NCBI GenBank assembly: GCA_903854995.1
Contig: CAINXS010000065.1
Location: 1 to 56,894, forward strand
Source of the DNA: Candidatus Moraniibacteriota bacterium
Lineage (GTDB): Bacteria; Patescibacteriota; Minisyncoccia; Moranbacterales; UBA1568
DNA length: 56,894 bases
Direction: 5' to 3'
Position numbers and translations under genes: made by a program. Shown here one piece after another: positions 26,474 to 36,014 of the stretch. The notes below the pieces were generated by a model. The model was not told where the DNA came from, ran no database searches, and saw only the letters and a list, made by a program, of their open reading frames with translations. Within the stretch, counting starts at the first letter, position 1, and each line of letters opens with the position of its first letter.

Positions 26474-27703
26474 TCAAATGTCCGATTCACCACCTTCGTA
26501 CGGACCAAGGTTCGACAACGAAAGTATCAATCCGTAGACGGCAAAGAATGCCAAAGAAAGGTCGTTCCTGAAAAAAGGCGTGTCCACAAGGCCGTGCACG
26601 AAAAACGTGACGAGAAGCGCCAGCATGACGCCTGCCGTGCCGCTCGCCCTCGTCTGCGGACCGAAAGCAAAAAACGACGACCTTTCAGCCAAAAAAAACA
26701 ACATCAGGATAAACCCCGCAAATCCGATCGCCCCCATTGAAAGCCAGACCGACAGAATCAGATTCTGCGGATGAGGAACCGCCCACTCGAGATATGTCGG
26801 AAATTGAGGCTGCATATCGAGATAGGCCCGTTCGAAATTTCTCAACCCGATACCGAGAATCGGATGATCGGAAAGCATCTGAACGGATACGTTCCATATC
26901 ATCACGCGCGAGGCAATAGAGCTCCTCACCTGGCCGGTTTCAAGCACTCTCCAAGAAGAACCCACGAACACGGCCGGAACGAGAATAGTCAGAAAACAAA
27001 GAGTAGCGAGAGTAATGACCGCCCCTTTTTTAAGCCGAAAGTATGAAGCGATCAGAACAACCGACCCGATAAGTACCGCGATCAGCGCCCCAAGCGAGCC
27101 GGTTCGCAATATCACGAACACGATCAGTAATAACGAGACCGAAACCAATGCGAATAATCCGTCACGCCCCGCCCTCAGCCTTTCCAGAAGGAAAAACAAG
27201 CCGATCGGCACTCCCGCCTCAAGGAAAAGCGCGAGGTGATTCGGTGATGGAAAATATGAGGCGAGTCGCCCGTCATACGTGACATGAACGAACGGCAATG
27301 ATGCCATTGATATCGCCGCGACCGCCACGAGACCGAGATACCAGAACAAGAGGACGCGCCGTCTTTCGGAATCGCTTTGAACGACCTGGAAGAGCAGCGT
27401 GCCGAATATGACAGGAAACACGATCCAACTTTTTAACGCGCCGAGTTCGGCATGGCTGAAGCCCGAGGAAACGGATGAAACGAAAGAACCGACAATGAAT
27501 GCCGAAAGAGCGACGGAGACGAGGGCAGGAATCGGACGCCACTTGATCTCCGCGGCGCGCAAACCAAAGATAAATGCCACCATTCCGACAAGAATGAGCA
27601 CCTCCGGGAGATAAAGGGGGGCGCCGAAGACGGTCACTCCCGTTTGCGAAAGCGGCAGCGACAGCATCGTCAAAATCACGATCTTTTTCGATAAGTCTTT
27701 CAT
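26474..27703 (-). CDS. O-antigen ligase / Wzy-like polymerase family membrane protein (copy 1)
   Basis: 409 aa, about 10-12 TM helices. Periplasmic-loop motif WAVPHPQNLILSVWLSMGAIGFAGF. Confidence 0.7.
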   Translation of the reverse strand: MKDLSKKIVILTMLSLPLSQTGVTVFGAPLYLPEVLILVGMVAFIFGLRAAEIKWRPIPALVSVALSAFIVGSFVSSVSSGFSHAELGALKSWIVFPVIFGTLLFQVVQSDSERRRVLLFWYLGLVAVAAISMASLPFVHVTYDGRLASYFPSPNHLALFLEAGVPIGLFFLLERLRAGRDGLFALVSVSLLLIVFVILRTGSLGALIAVLIGSVVLIASYFRLKKGAVITLATLCFLTILVPAVFVGSSWRVLETGQVRSSIASRVMIWNVSVQMLSDHPILGIGLRNFERAYLDMQPQFPTYLEWAVPHPQNLILSVWLSMGAIGFAGFILMLFFLAERSSFFAFGPQTRASGTAGVMLALLVTFFVHGLVDTPFFRNDLSLAFFAVYGLILSLSNLGPYEGGESDI

Positions 27704-29022
27704 GTGATCGGACTTTCGGACGAACCGTTCGTCGGGGAGAACCTCACCGTGCCTTCTGCGCTGTTTGCCGATGGCAACGCGAGAACCATCAGGAGAACGG
27801 GGAGAACATGAACGGAATACATCGGGGTTTCGAAAAGGGAATGACCGAAATATATGGCCAAGGAGACCGCCCCCGCGGCAGCCACGCGGGCGCGCGACCG
27901 GGAAAGACCCATAAAAGCGGTAAAGATGACGGATAGGAACAATGACGCGCCGATAATCCCGGACTCGGTCGCGATGTCGAGATATTGGTCGTGGGCATAT
28001 ATGGGCTCACGGTAATCCGCCGTCGGCTTTACGGCGAGCGGATAATTACCAAGGCCGTACCCGAACGGTCGTTCGGCGATTCGCCGCACCGCCTCGGCAT
28101 AGATTTCAAGTCGCCCCATATTCGATCCTTCCTCGGCCGAAAACGACGACCACGCACGCTCCCGAACGGGACCCGACGAAAGCGCCGCGGCGAGAACAAG
28201 GCATATGAACGATACCGGCACGATCGCACCTCTCTCCGAGTCCGATATGCGCCGAAAATATCGCGCAAACAGATACGCAAGTCCGAAACCGAGGCCCACG
28301 TACCCGCCGCGTGAGAATGTCAGCACGTCGGCAAAAAGTATCATTGCCGCAAGAATAGCATACATGACCCTCTTCCCGACATGATCGGCGTCTATCATCA
28401 AAATGAAGGAAAACGGCAGAGCGAGACCGAAGTAAAACGCCGCCATGTGGGGATCCGGAAAGAAGGCGCTTGCACGCAACACCGTCTGGCTCCCTATGCC
28501 GACGAGAAGGCTCGGGTATTGCGCGACAGCGGACGAAAAGGACGTTCCGAGAAAAAACGGGAGGATCGTTTCCGTCCAAAATCGGAACACGGTCGGCACC
28601 CCGAGGACGAATTGGGAAAAGAACTCGAGTACGCCCACAGCGGCAGATATCCCGGCCCCAGCGACGAACGCGCGCATGAGCCTCGCCGCGGAACGTTGAT
28701 ATTCGGAGAATATCGAAGAATACACTATGAATAACGGAAAATATCCGGCGATGAAAAACGCACGTCGAACGGCCCATATGCCGTTCTCCGCCCATGAAAT
28801 CGAAAGCAGGGAGACGAATACAAACATCGAAAGAAGAACGGCTTCCCGCGAGACCGGAATCGTGAGCTTCCTTCGCGAAAGACCGACCGCGACGAATATC
28901 GCGAACAGTACGACGGAAAATACGCGCGAAAACGGCAAGTCAACCCCGGGAACCGGCGAAAGTGCCCACTGAAAGGGGAGCGAAAAGATAAATGCTTCCG
29001 TCAACAGCAGAAGGACATTCAT
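27700..29022 (-). CDS. O-antigen ligase / Wzy-like polymerase family membrane protein (copy 2)
   Basis: 440 aa, polytopic. Motif YAHDQYLDIATESGIIGASLFLSVIF. 4-nt overlap with the downstream gene. Confidence 0.7.
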   Translation of the reverse strand: MNVLLLLTEAFIFSLPFQWALSPVPGVDLPFSRVFSVVLFAIFVAVGLSRRKLTIPVSREAVLLSMFVFVSLLSISWAENGIWAVRRAFFIAGYFPLFIVYSSIFSEYQRSAARLMRAFVAGAGISAAVGVLEFFSQFVLGVPTVFRFWTETILPFFLGTSFSSAVAQYPSLLVGIGSQTVLRASAFFPDPHMAAFYFGLALPFSFILMIDADHVGKRVMYAILAAMILFADVLTFSRGGYVGLGFGLAYLFARYFRRISDSERGAIVPVSFICLVLAAALSSGPVRERAWSSFSAEEGSNMGRLEIYAEAVRRIAERPFGYGLGNYPLAVKPTADYREPIYAHDQYLDIATESGIIGASLFLSVIFTAFMGLSRSRARVAAAGAVSLAIYFGHSLFETPMYSVHVLPVLLMVLALPSANSAEGTVRFSPTNGSSESPIT

Positions 29023-29825
29023 ATCTTGAGAAATCGGGAACGGACGATTCGAAACAGGATTCTCTCCCAGCGCGGACGGTGATACGCGAAATACCGGTCT
29101 TGAGAGTCGTGGTAGACCCGTTTCTTTTCCACATCGGAACGGAAACTGAACCCTCCGTCATGCCGGAAAACGATTGAGGGCAGGAGAACGGTTCGAAAGC
29201 CAGTTTTACGGGCACGGGCGCAGAGATCCATGTCCTCAAAATACAGAAAGAACCTCTCGTCGAAGCCGCCCAACATGTCAAACGTCTCGCGACGAACGAA
29301 CATGGCTCCTCCACTCACCCATCCGACCGCGTTCGGACGTCGATACTCCCAGTGACGCTTCGAAAAACGGGGGGCGACGTTGTTACGAATCAGTCGAAAA
29401 AGGGACAGCGGTTGACCCGCGCTCCACGCCTCGATCAAACCCGTGTCCGAAACCAAACGAGCGCCGACGACACCCACCTCCTTATTCGTCTCAAAAAAAC
29501 GCGAAACATAGTCGAAAGACCCGGAAACATACTCCGTATCAGGATTGAGAAAAGCCAGCACTTTACCATTCGCCAGAGCGGCGGCAACGTTCGCCGCGTT
29601 CGCAAACCCCCGATTTTCCGGCAGGAACACCGTCCGGACGTCAACCCGCCGACCGAGCTCCTTGATCCGAGTATCCTCCTCCGGATCATTATTTGCGATG
29701 ATTATCTCCGTCGACCCGAGCGCGATTCCCGAATTTCTTACGGAACAAACAGCCCTCTCAAGCGGCTCGGCGCTTCGGTGATTTACGAAAATGAAGGAAA
29801 ACTCAGGATGTTCTGAAATCTGCAT
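29019..29825 (-). CDS. Family 2 glycosyltransferase
   Basis: 268 aa. FSFIFVNHRSAEPLERAV, DPEED, and a rhamnosyltransferase-like GT2 layout. Confidence 0.8.
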   Translation of the reverse strand: MQISEHPEFSFIFVNHRSAEPLERAVCSVRNSGIALGSTEIIIANNDPEEDTRIKELGRRVDVRTVFLPENRGFANAANVAAALANGKVLAFLNPDTEYVSGSFDYVSRFFETNKEVGVVGARLVSDTGLIEAWSAGQPLSLFRLIRNNVAPRFSKRHWEYRRPNAVGWVSGGAMFVRRETFDMLGGFDERFFLYFEDMDLCARARKTGFRTVLLPSIVFRHDGGFSFRSDVEKKRVYHDSQDRYFAYHRPRWERILFRIVRSRFLKI

Positions 29826-30672
29826 AGGCCGAGGAAACAGGGAAGGCCTCCTTCTTTCCCCGAAGCTTATCGATACCGTTTTTGACCCGCCTCAGCACTA
29901 TATAGAATGCCACCCAGGGACGCAACGCCAGAGGCGTATGCGACCTGAAAAATCGCAAGCCGGAAATGACCAGCCAGTAGGTCTTTTCCGGATTTTGCGA
30001 GCTTATTTCCGCATGGATGACCGTGGCTTTCGGAACCACGAGCCTTTCGACCCCTTTTCCGGCCGCCCGGACGGAATAATCGGCGTCCTCGTAATAAAGA
30101 AAGTACGCTTCATCGAAAAGACCGACTCTTTCGATTACCTTCCTCGGTATGAACAGGGCACATCCGGAAAGGTATCCCGTTGGATACGGATCGTTTGCCT
30201 TTATCGCATCAACCGATTTGACGTGCAGGGCTCGCATCCGGATATAGTCTATTCGTCCTCCGGCGAACCATTCGACGCCTTCCGGTGTAAGAATCCTGGG
30301 ACTGAAGAGTTCGGGACTTTCAGACGACTGAGCCGCCAAAACAAGCTCCGAAAGGGCCTTTCGGTCGCACTCGGTGTCATTGTTCAGTATCCACACGTAT
30401 TCCGCCCCTTTCGAAAGCGCGAATCGGATTCCGACGTTCATTCCCGCCGCGAAACCGATATTTTCCGGATTGAGAACGAAATGAGCCCGCGAAAAAAGAT
30501 TTTTCGCCACCTCAAGAGAGCCGTCCCTTGACGCGTTATCAACGACGACTACCTCGAAATTGCCGTACGCGAGGGCAAAAACGGAACGAAGGCAGGCGGC
30601 GAGCCTGTCTCCCCCGTTCCAATTGAGGATGACCACGAATACTTTCGGAGAATCACTCATATCGACCATCAT
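29803..30672 (-). CDS. Family 2 glycosyltransferase
   Basis: 289 aa. VFVVILNWNGGDRLAACLRSV...VVVVDNASRDGS and NIGFAAGMNVG are typical GT2 motifs. Confidence 0.85.
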   Translation of the reverse strand: MMVDMSDSPKVFVVILNWNGGDRLAACLRSVFALAYGNFEVVVVDNASRDGSLEVAKNLFSRAHFVLNPENIGFAAGMNVGIRFALSKGAEYVWILNNDTECDRKALSELVLAAQSSESPELFSPRILTPEGVEWFAGGRIDYIRMRALHVKSVDAIKANDPYPTGYLSGCALFIPRKVIERVGLFDEAYFLYYEDADYSVRAAGKGVERLVVPKATVIHAEISSQNPEKTYWLVISGLRFFRSHTPLALRPWVAFYIVLRRVKNGIDKLRGKKEAFPVSSAYADFRTS

Positions 30673-30693
30673 ACCATCCCGATGAGCATCTTT

Positions 30694-32145
30694 CTAGAGC
30701 ACCTCCTCTACAAACACCGCCTCTTTTTCCGACTGCTTCGAAAAAAGTCCGGCCACCTCGACGCTTGATACCGCTTTGAACAACCAAAGCGCGGCAACAT
30801 ACACGACGACCGAGAGAAAACCGGAGACAACGAACGGCAAGGGGCGCGTGAGCCACAACGCGCCACCCATTATGAATGCGGAAAGGACCACCCGACCGAT
30901 CTTGTCGAACGAAGGACGATATCCCAGAAGCCGGTGCGCCAGAAACCCGGTAACGACGGAAACAAGAAATTCCGTCCCGAGCGACGTACCGGCAGCGCCC
31001 AGATAGGAAAATCTCGGTATAAGAAACGAGTTAGCGATGATATTCGCAACGGCGACGAACAAAAGGGTCTTCATCAGCTCTTTCTGATGATTCCCGACGA
31101 TGAGAATCATGTTGAAAAAATTCCCGAAGAAAATGAAGGCAAGTGAGACGATAAGGAGTTCGAGTACGGGGACGGACTCCTGAAAGCCGCTTCCCGAGAC
31201 GATCGGAATGATCTGCTTGGAAAAAAAGACTCCACCGAGAACGAGAGGGATCGCTATGATGGCGAATACTCGAAAGGTGGTATCGGCGATGTCCCGAAAC
31301 CGGCTCCGATCGACGGAAAGGGCTTTTGATAAGAGTGGCAGAATCAATCCGGCAAGCAACGCGGGGAAAAAAGTAAGGTTTTCCATGACCTTGTACGCCA
31401 CGCTGTACGTCCCTACGGCCGCACTGCCCTTCATAACCGAGAGGAGAATGGTGTCCATCTTGAAATAAAAGAACGTTATGAGAGCGCTTCCGCCAAGCGG
31501 GAGCGAATCATGCAGGAATCGTTTCCAGAACGGCACATCCGCCACGAAATGGAATTTTGCGAACTTTCTGCTGAGAAAAAAAGCGACCAGGGCATTGAAC
31601 GAAAGGGAGATGAGAAGCGTGGACGCGATGCCGAGAAAGCCGAGCTTGAAGTACACGACACCGTACACGGCCGACACCTGAACGATCTTCCCGAGAAACT
31701 CCGTCATCGCGATGCGGTCCATCGCGATGTTTTTTTGGAAGATTCCGTTCAGAAATATCGAGAAGGTCGAAAAAACAATCGTTCCAGCGGCAATCCAGAT
31801 GCCGATCTTGACCGGCAGCGAGTACGAGAAAAAAGGGAGAAGCAGCGGAACGAGAAGAAAAACGACAAGAGAGGAAGCTATCCTGAGGGAAGCCACCCTT
31901 CCAAGTATGCCGCTCTCGTCCGCCCCTTCACGGGAGATTTCGCGTGCCGTTATGGAGCCGATACCCAGATCGGCTACTGCGGAAAAAAAGGCGAAGTACG
32001 CTAGCACCGTCGCATAATCGCCAAAGCCCTCCTTCCCAAGGTACCCGGTGATAAGCCGTATTGAGACCAAGGAAAGAACCACGGTCGTCACGACCTTCAT
32101 GATCGAATTGAAGACGATATTGTATGCTATTTTCCGTGTTGACAT
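30694..32145 (-). CDS. Wzx-type (MOP superfamily) polysaccharide flippase
   Basis: About 483 aa from the ATG at 32145 (MSTRKIAYNIVFNSIMKV...). About 12-14 TM helices. The ORF is open to 32268. Confidence 0.75.
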   Translation of the reverse strand: MSTRKIAYNIVFNSIMKVVTTVVLSLVSIRLITGYLGKEGFGDYATVLAYFAFFSAVADLGIGSITAREISREGADESGILGRVASLRIASSLVVFLLVPLLLPFFSYSLPVKIGIWIAAGTIVFSTFSIFLNGIFQKNIAMDRIAMTEFLGKIVQVSAVYGVVYFKLGFLGIASTLLISLSFNALVAFFLSRKFAKFHFVADVPFWKRFLHDSLPLGGSALITFFYFKMDTILLSVMKGSAAVGTYSVAYKVMENLTFFPALLAGLILPLLSKALSVDRSRFRDIADTTFRVFAIIAIPLVLGGVFFSKQIIPIVSGSGFQESVPVLELLIVSLAFIFFGNFFNMILIVGNHQKELMKTLLFVAVANIIANSFLIPRFSYLGAAGTSLGTEFLVSVVTGFLAHRLLGYRPSFDKIGRVVLSAFIMGGALWLTRPLPFVVSGFLSVVVYVAALWLFKAVSSVEVAGLFSKQSEKEAVFVEEVL

Positions 32146-32264
32146 GATTTTTCGACGACTGCTCCCAAGCCCTGACATTGTACGGTTCGGCGGAGGAAAA
32201 GGCAAACGAAAATCCCACGCCGGCCGGTAGCGTGGGATAGGGAGGACTCTTCGATGCCTGCCGA

Positions 32265-32753
32265 TCACGAAAAGACGGCCTTTGGCCTCACAACGACCTT
32301 CCGCTCCTCGCCTTTCCCGATGCTCCCCGTCTCGACCCGCTCATTCTCGGCAAGCACCGCATGAACGACCTTCCGTTCATATGGAAGCATCGGTCGCATA
32401 GCGACAGGACGACCTGTCGCGACCACCTCATGTGCCGCTTCTTCCGCATCGCGTCGCAGATGAGCCCGTTTTTCTTTCCAATAACGGTTCACGTCCACGG
32501 AAAAATCCGTGTGATCACCGAATTTTCGTCGTGCAATCATCTGGAGAAGATGTTGGAAGGAAAACAGGGCCACACCGTGCTGTCCGATGAGCATCTTGGA
32601 ATCCTTCCGGTCGACAGTAATGGAAAACATGACCGTTTCCCGACCACCTTCCCTTCCGGCAAAAAAATCGACTTTCGCTTCGTTTATGCCCATTATCGCC
32701 AAAAGCTCGATGATCGTCTCCGACATCACGTTCTGAAACTCTTTTTCTGCCAT
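32265..32753 (-). CDS. jag: Jag/KhpB RNA-binding protein (KH + R3H domains)
   Basis: 162 aa. KH-like LIGQHGVALFSFQHLL and R3H-like MLPYERKVVHAVL. Conserved position downstream of yidC. Confidence 0.8.
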   Translation of the reverse strand: MAEKEFQNVMSETIIELLAIMGINEAKVDFFAGREGGRETVMFSITVDRKDSKMLIGQHGVALFSFQHLLQMIARRKFGDHTDFSVDVNRYWKEKRAHLRRDAEEAAHEVVATGRPVAMRPMLPYERKVVHAVLAENERVETGSIGKGEERKVVVRPKAVFS

Positions 32754-32763
32754 ACGGTTTCGA

Positions 32764-33504
32764 TTATTCCTTATTCCCGTCGTTATTTTTCCGATCGAGT
32801 ATATACCATTGCTGAACGATGGAAAAGACGGTGGAAACGAGCCAATAAAGAGATAGGGCCGAAGGGAACCTCACGCCGATAAACAGCGTCAGAATCGGCC
32901 CCATGTACAACATCTGCTTGTTCATGATGGTAGCGAAATCAGCCTCTTTTCCATCATCCTGTTTTTTTTCTGCGGGCTTGTCTTGGGACAGCATCTTCAT
33001 CTGATAGAACTGGCCCAATGCCGCCAACACCGCGAAAAGAATGCTCGGCTTCTCAAGATCGGCGATACGGAAGAACTCGTGGGAAAGGGTGCCTGGGTCG
33101 GACACGAACGGGTATAGCAACGACGCGTCGACGCCGAATCCGGTCTCCGAAATCCGCATGATTACCTGATAAATCGCGATCAGGAAAACGATCTGCACGA
33201 TAAGCGGCAGACAACCCATGACCGGATTCACCTTGTTCACCTTGTACAGCTCCATCATCGACTTCGACTGCTGCTCCTTGTCATCCTTGTATTTCTCCTG
33301 TATCGCCTTGATTTTCGGTTGGAGATCCTGAAGTTTTTTCTGCGACTCTATCTGCTGTTTGGAAAGCGACACGAACAGCAGTTTGATGACTATGGTCGCT
33401 ACGACGATCGCGAGCCCGAAGTTCGCTATCGGAAAGAGATCGGCAAAAAAAATGATAAGGTTGTATACCGGCTGGTAGACGATGGTGGTGAATATCTCGT
33501 TCAT
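32764..33504 (-). CDS. yidC: Membrane protein insertase YidC (short form)
   Basis: MMELYKVNKVNPVMGCLPLIVQIVFLIAIY and GVRFPSALSLYWLVS motifs. The start MNEIF at 33504 is preferred; the ORF is open to 33537. Confidence 0.9.
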   Translation of the reverse strand: MNEIFTTIVYQPVYNLIIFFADLFPIANFGLAIVVATIVIKLLFVSLSKQQIESQKKLQDLQPKIKAIQEKYKDDKEQQSKSMMELYKVNKVNPVMGCLPLIVQIVFLIAIYQVIMRISETGFGVDASLLYPFVSDPGTLSHEFFRIADLEKPSILFAVLAALGQFYQMKMLSQDKPAEKKQDDGKEADFATIMNKQMLYMGPILTLFIGVRFPSALSLYWLVSTVFSIVQQWYILDRKNNDGNKE

Positions 33505-33512
33505 ACGTGTTT

Positions 33513-33863
33513 TCAGTTTCGGCGCGTTGAGGCGCAAATTGCATTTATAAGACCATCCAGGTCATGTCGGACTGCCCCCATTTCCAAATGTTCAGGCTTG
33601 CTTCTGAAGAATAGCACTATATGGGCATCCTCAGGAAATGACGAGGCTACCGGCGCCACCGCCTCAGAAAGTATCCTTCGGGCCCGGTTCCGCTCGACAG
33701 AGAGACGAAACATTTTTTTTGCCGATAAAAAGCCAAATTTCCGACCGGATTTTGCGGAAAAAACGATTCGGCATCCTACATTCCCGAAGAAAAAGGCCCT
33801 TCCGAAGCGAAAAGCCTTTTGAAACGACAGGGGGTTTTTCAGCCGAAGCGCGCTGGGCAACAT
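33513..33863 (-). CDS. rnpA: Ribonuclease P protein component
   Basis: 116 aa. KKMFRLSVERNRARRILSEAV (RNR motif). Position between rpmH and yidC. Confidence 0.85.
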   Translation of the reverse strand: MLPSALRLKNPLSFQKAFRFGRAFFFGNVGCRIVFSAKSGRKFGFLSAKKMFRLSVERNRARRILSEAVAPVASSFPEDAHIVLFFRSKPEHLEMGAVRHDLDGLINAICASTRRN

Positions 33864-33871
33864 AGCCGAGG

Positions 33872-34006
33872 CTAGACTGAGAGCTTTTTGCGTCCCTTCT
33901 GACGACGGCTGCGAAGAACGCTCCTTCCCCCGGCGGTGCTCATCCGCTCAAGGAAACCATGTCTCCGAGTCCGACGCCTGGTTTTCGGCTGATACGTACG
34001 CTTCAT
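33872..34006 (-). CDS. rpmH: 50S ribosomal protein L34
   Basis: [44 protein letters not shown] (44 aa), the canonical L34. The ORF-track entry extends upstream to 34108. Confidence 0.95.
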   Translation of the reverse strand: MKRTYQPKTRRRTRRHGFLERMSTAGGRSVLRSRRQKGRKKLSV

Positions 34007-34261
34007 ATTGGTGGAGGAAGAAATACTTAAAACGCACTCCCATGAGTCACTCACTAGGATATGACACCTTCGGACATATGTCAATTCCCACCCGAACCAA
34101 AGACTCATATCTACGACGTAGGAACCGCAACACCAGGAATCCGAAAACTACAAAATGGGCGATTCTTCAGTTTCGGTAACGTTTTATTGTTTTAAATATA
34201 GGATAATCTCAGGTTATCCACCGGATGTACACTGCGAGAGATGACCACTGTACGACCTGCG

Positions 34262-34270
34262 TGATATAAT
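34262..34270 (+). promoter_or_regulatory. Extended -10 element TGATATAAT upstream of dnaA
   Basis: Perfect TGnTATAAT 15 nt upstream of the dnaA ATG (34285). A DnaA-box-like TTATCCACC lies at 34214-34222. Confidence 0.55.
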
Positions 34271-34284
34271 CGGATTTGTCACGT

Positions 34285-35727
34285 ATGGAACATCAGGAAC
34301 TCTGGAAATCGGTACTCGGTCAGATAGAGCTTTCGATATCGAAGGCTAATTTCGTGACGTGGTTTCAGGGAACGGCGATCGTCTCAGTCGAAGACGGTAC
34401 CGCCATAATCAGCGTCCCAAACGGATTCGCAAAAGAATGGCTTGAAAACAAGTACAATCATACGATCATTCAGGCATTGCGAGGCTTCGATGAGACGATA
34501 CGGTCCATACGATGCATCATTTCCGGCCCTCAACCGATCAAGAAATCGTTCGATGCGGTAGTACAACCCGGAAGTCAGGCGACCATGAAGCCTGATGTCC
34601 AAAGTCAGCAGCGCACGAATTCCAATACGCAGACCACTCGCCCCGCAGGCGGATTCATTCAAACGGCGCCGAAACAGGCCACCGCGATGTTCCATGAATC
34701 GAATCTCAATCCGCGTTATACTTTCGCGGACTATATCGTTGCCGAAAACAACGAACTCGCCAACGCGGCATGTGTAGCCGTCTCCAGGAACCTCGGACAG
34801 ATTTACAACCCTCTCTTCATATACGGAGGAGTGGGGCTCGGTAAGACGCATCTCCTCCAGGCTCTCGGCAACGAGGTGAAACGTGAACATCCGGAGAAAA
34901 ACATCAAATATATCACCTCGGAACGATTCACAAGCGAACTCGTGGACTCGATAAAGAACCAGAGAACGGACAAATTCAAGGAATACTATCAGCAGATGGA
35001 CCTCCTTATCATCGACGACGTACAGTTTCTTTCCGGCAGGGAGAAGACGCAGAACGAATTCTTTCACATCTTTAACGCGCTTTACCAGATCAATAAGCAG
35101 ATCGTCATCTCGAGCGATCGGCCGCCTAAGGCGATTCCGACGCTCGAAGACCGACTCCGATCAAGGTTCGAGGGCGGCATGATAACGGATATCAGCCAGC
35201 CGAACGAGGAAACACGACTGGCAATCCTTAGAAAAAAGGTTACGGAGAAAGGCATCTCCATAGAAGAGGACGCCCTCCGCTTCATAGCGGAGAATATCAC
35301 GCAGAATATCAGGGAAATCGAAGGAGCATTGAATCGCGTGATCGCCTATTCGGAATTCTATAAGACAGCGCCATCGATTTCGCTCGTGGAAAAAGTGCTT
35401 TCCCAACTCATCATCCAAAACAAAAAGAATATTCAGACGAAAGACATCGTCGCCGCGGTCGAGAAACTGTATTCCGTCTCGGAAGAAGACCTCCTGAAAA
35501 AAGGACGCAAGAAGGGGATCTCGAATGCGCGACAAGTCGCCATGTATCTCATGCGCACGGAACTGAATATGCCTTTCTCCTCCATCGGTGACTTTTTCGG
35601 GGGCAGGGATCATACCACCGCTCTCCATGCATTTGAAAAAGTCAGTGGCGAGATCGAGAAGAACCTCCGGCTCAAAGGAGAGCTTTCCACCTTAAAGAAC
35701 GAACTCTATCAATCGAACGGTGCATAA
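34285..35727 (+). CDS. dnaA: Chromosomal replication initiator DnaA
   Basis: MEHQELWKSVLGQIE..., Walker A GGVGLGKTHLLQALG, LLIIDDVQFL, and the C-terminal DNA-binding helix FGGRDHTTALHAFEKV. A TTG at 34276 is an alternative start. Confidence 0.97.
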   Translation: MEHQELWKSVLGQIELSISKANFVTWFQGTAIVSVEDGTAIISVPNGFAKEWLENKYNHTIIQALRGFDETIRSIRCIISGPQPIKKSFDAVVQPGSQATMKPDVQSQQRTNSNTQTTRPAGGFIQTAPKQATAMFHESNLNPRYTFADYIVAENNELANAACVAVSRNLGQIYNPLFIYGGVGLGKTHLLQALGNEVKREHPEKNIKYITSERFTSELVDSIKNQRTDKFKEYYQQMDLLIIDDVQFLSGREKTQNEFFHIFNALYQINKQIVISSDRPPKAIPTLEDRLRSRFEGGMITDISQPNEETRLAILRKKVTEKGISIEEDALRFIAENITQNIREIEGALNRVIAYSEFYKTAPSISLVEKVLSQLIIQNKKNIQTKDIVAAVEKLYSVSEEDLLKKGRKKGISNARQVAMYLMRTELNMPFSSIGDFFGGRDHTTALHAFEKVSGEIEKNLRLKGELSTLKNELYQSNGA

Positions 35728-36014
35728 AGAGTGTATAAGTTCCATTTTTAACCGAATAGATGGTGGAAAAGTCGGGTACTTATCAACGTATGAAATGGGA
35801 GATGTAAGTTTTCCACAACAAGAAGCGACTCTCCGTATAAGTCGCGACAGATAGAGACAGACATATTTCAGCAACAGAAAAGCTAAAATCCGACCTATCC
35901 ACATTTCCACCACGCTAATAATCATAATAGTATACATAATATATATAATACTATTCATTACAGCACCGAAGACCATGTCGACATCCGAATACTAATCAGC
36001 AGATCGAAATACCT
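35728..36014. other. Candidate oriC (dnaA-dnaN intergenic): DnaA-box-like 9-mers plus AT-rich unwinding region
   Basis: TTTTCCACA at 35809-35817, CTATCCACA at 35895-35903 followed by TTTCCACC, TTTTCCACC on the minus strand at 35761-35769, and a very AT-rich tract at about 35916-35965 (CTAATAATCATAATAGTATACATAATATATATAATACTATTCATTA). Confidence 0.6.

Noticed and set aside
34384-35067. 227-aa minus-strand ORF
   Set aside because: It is antisense to dnaA and has no motifs.
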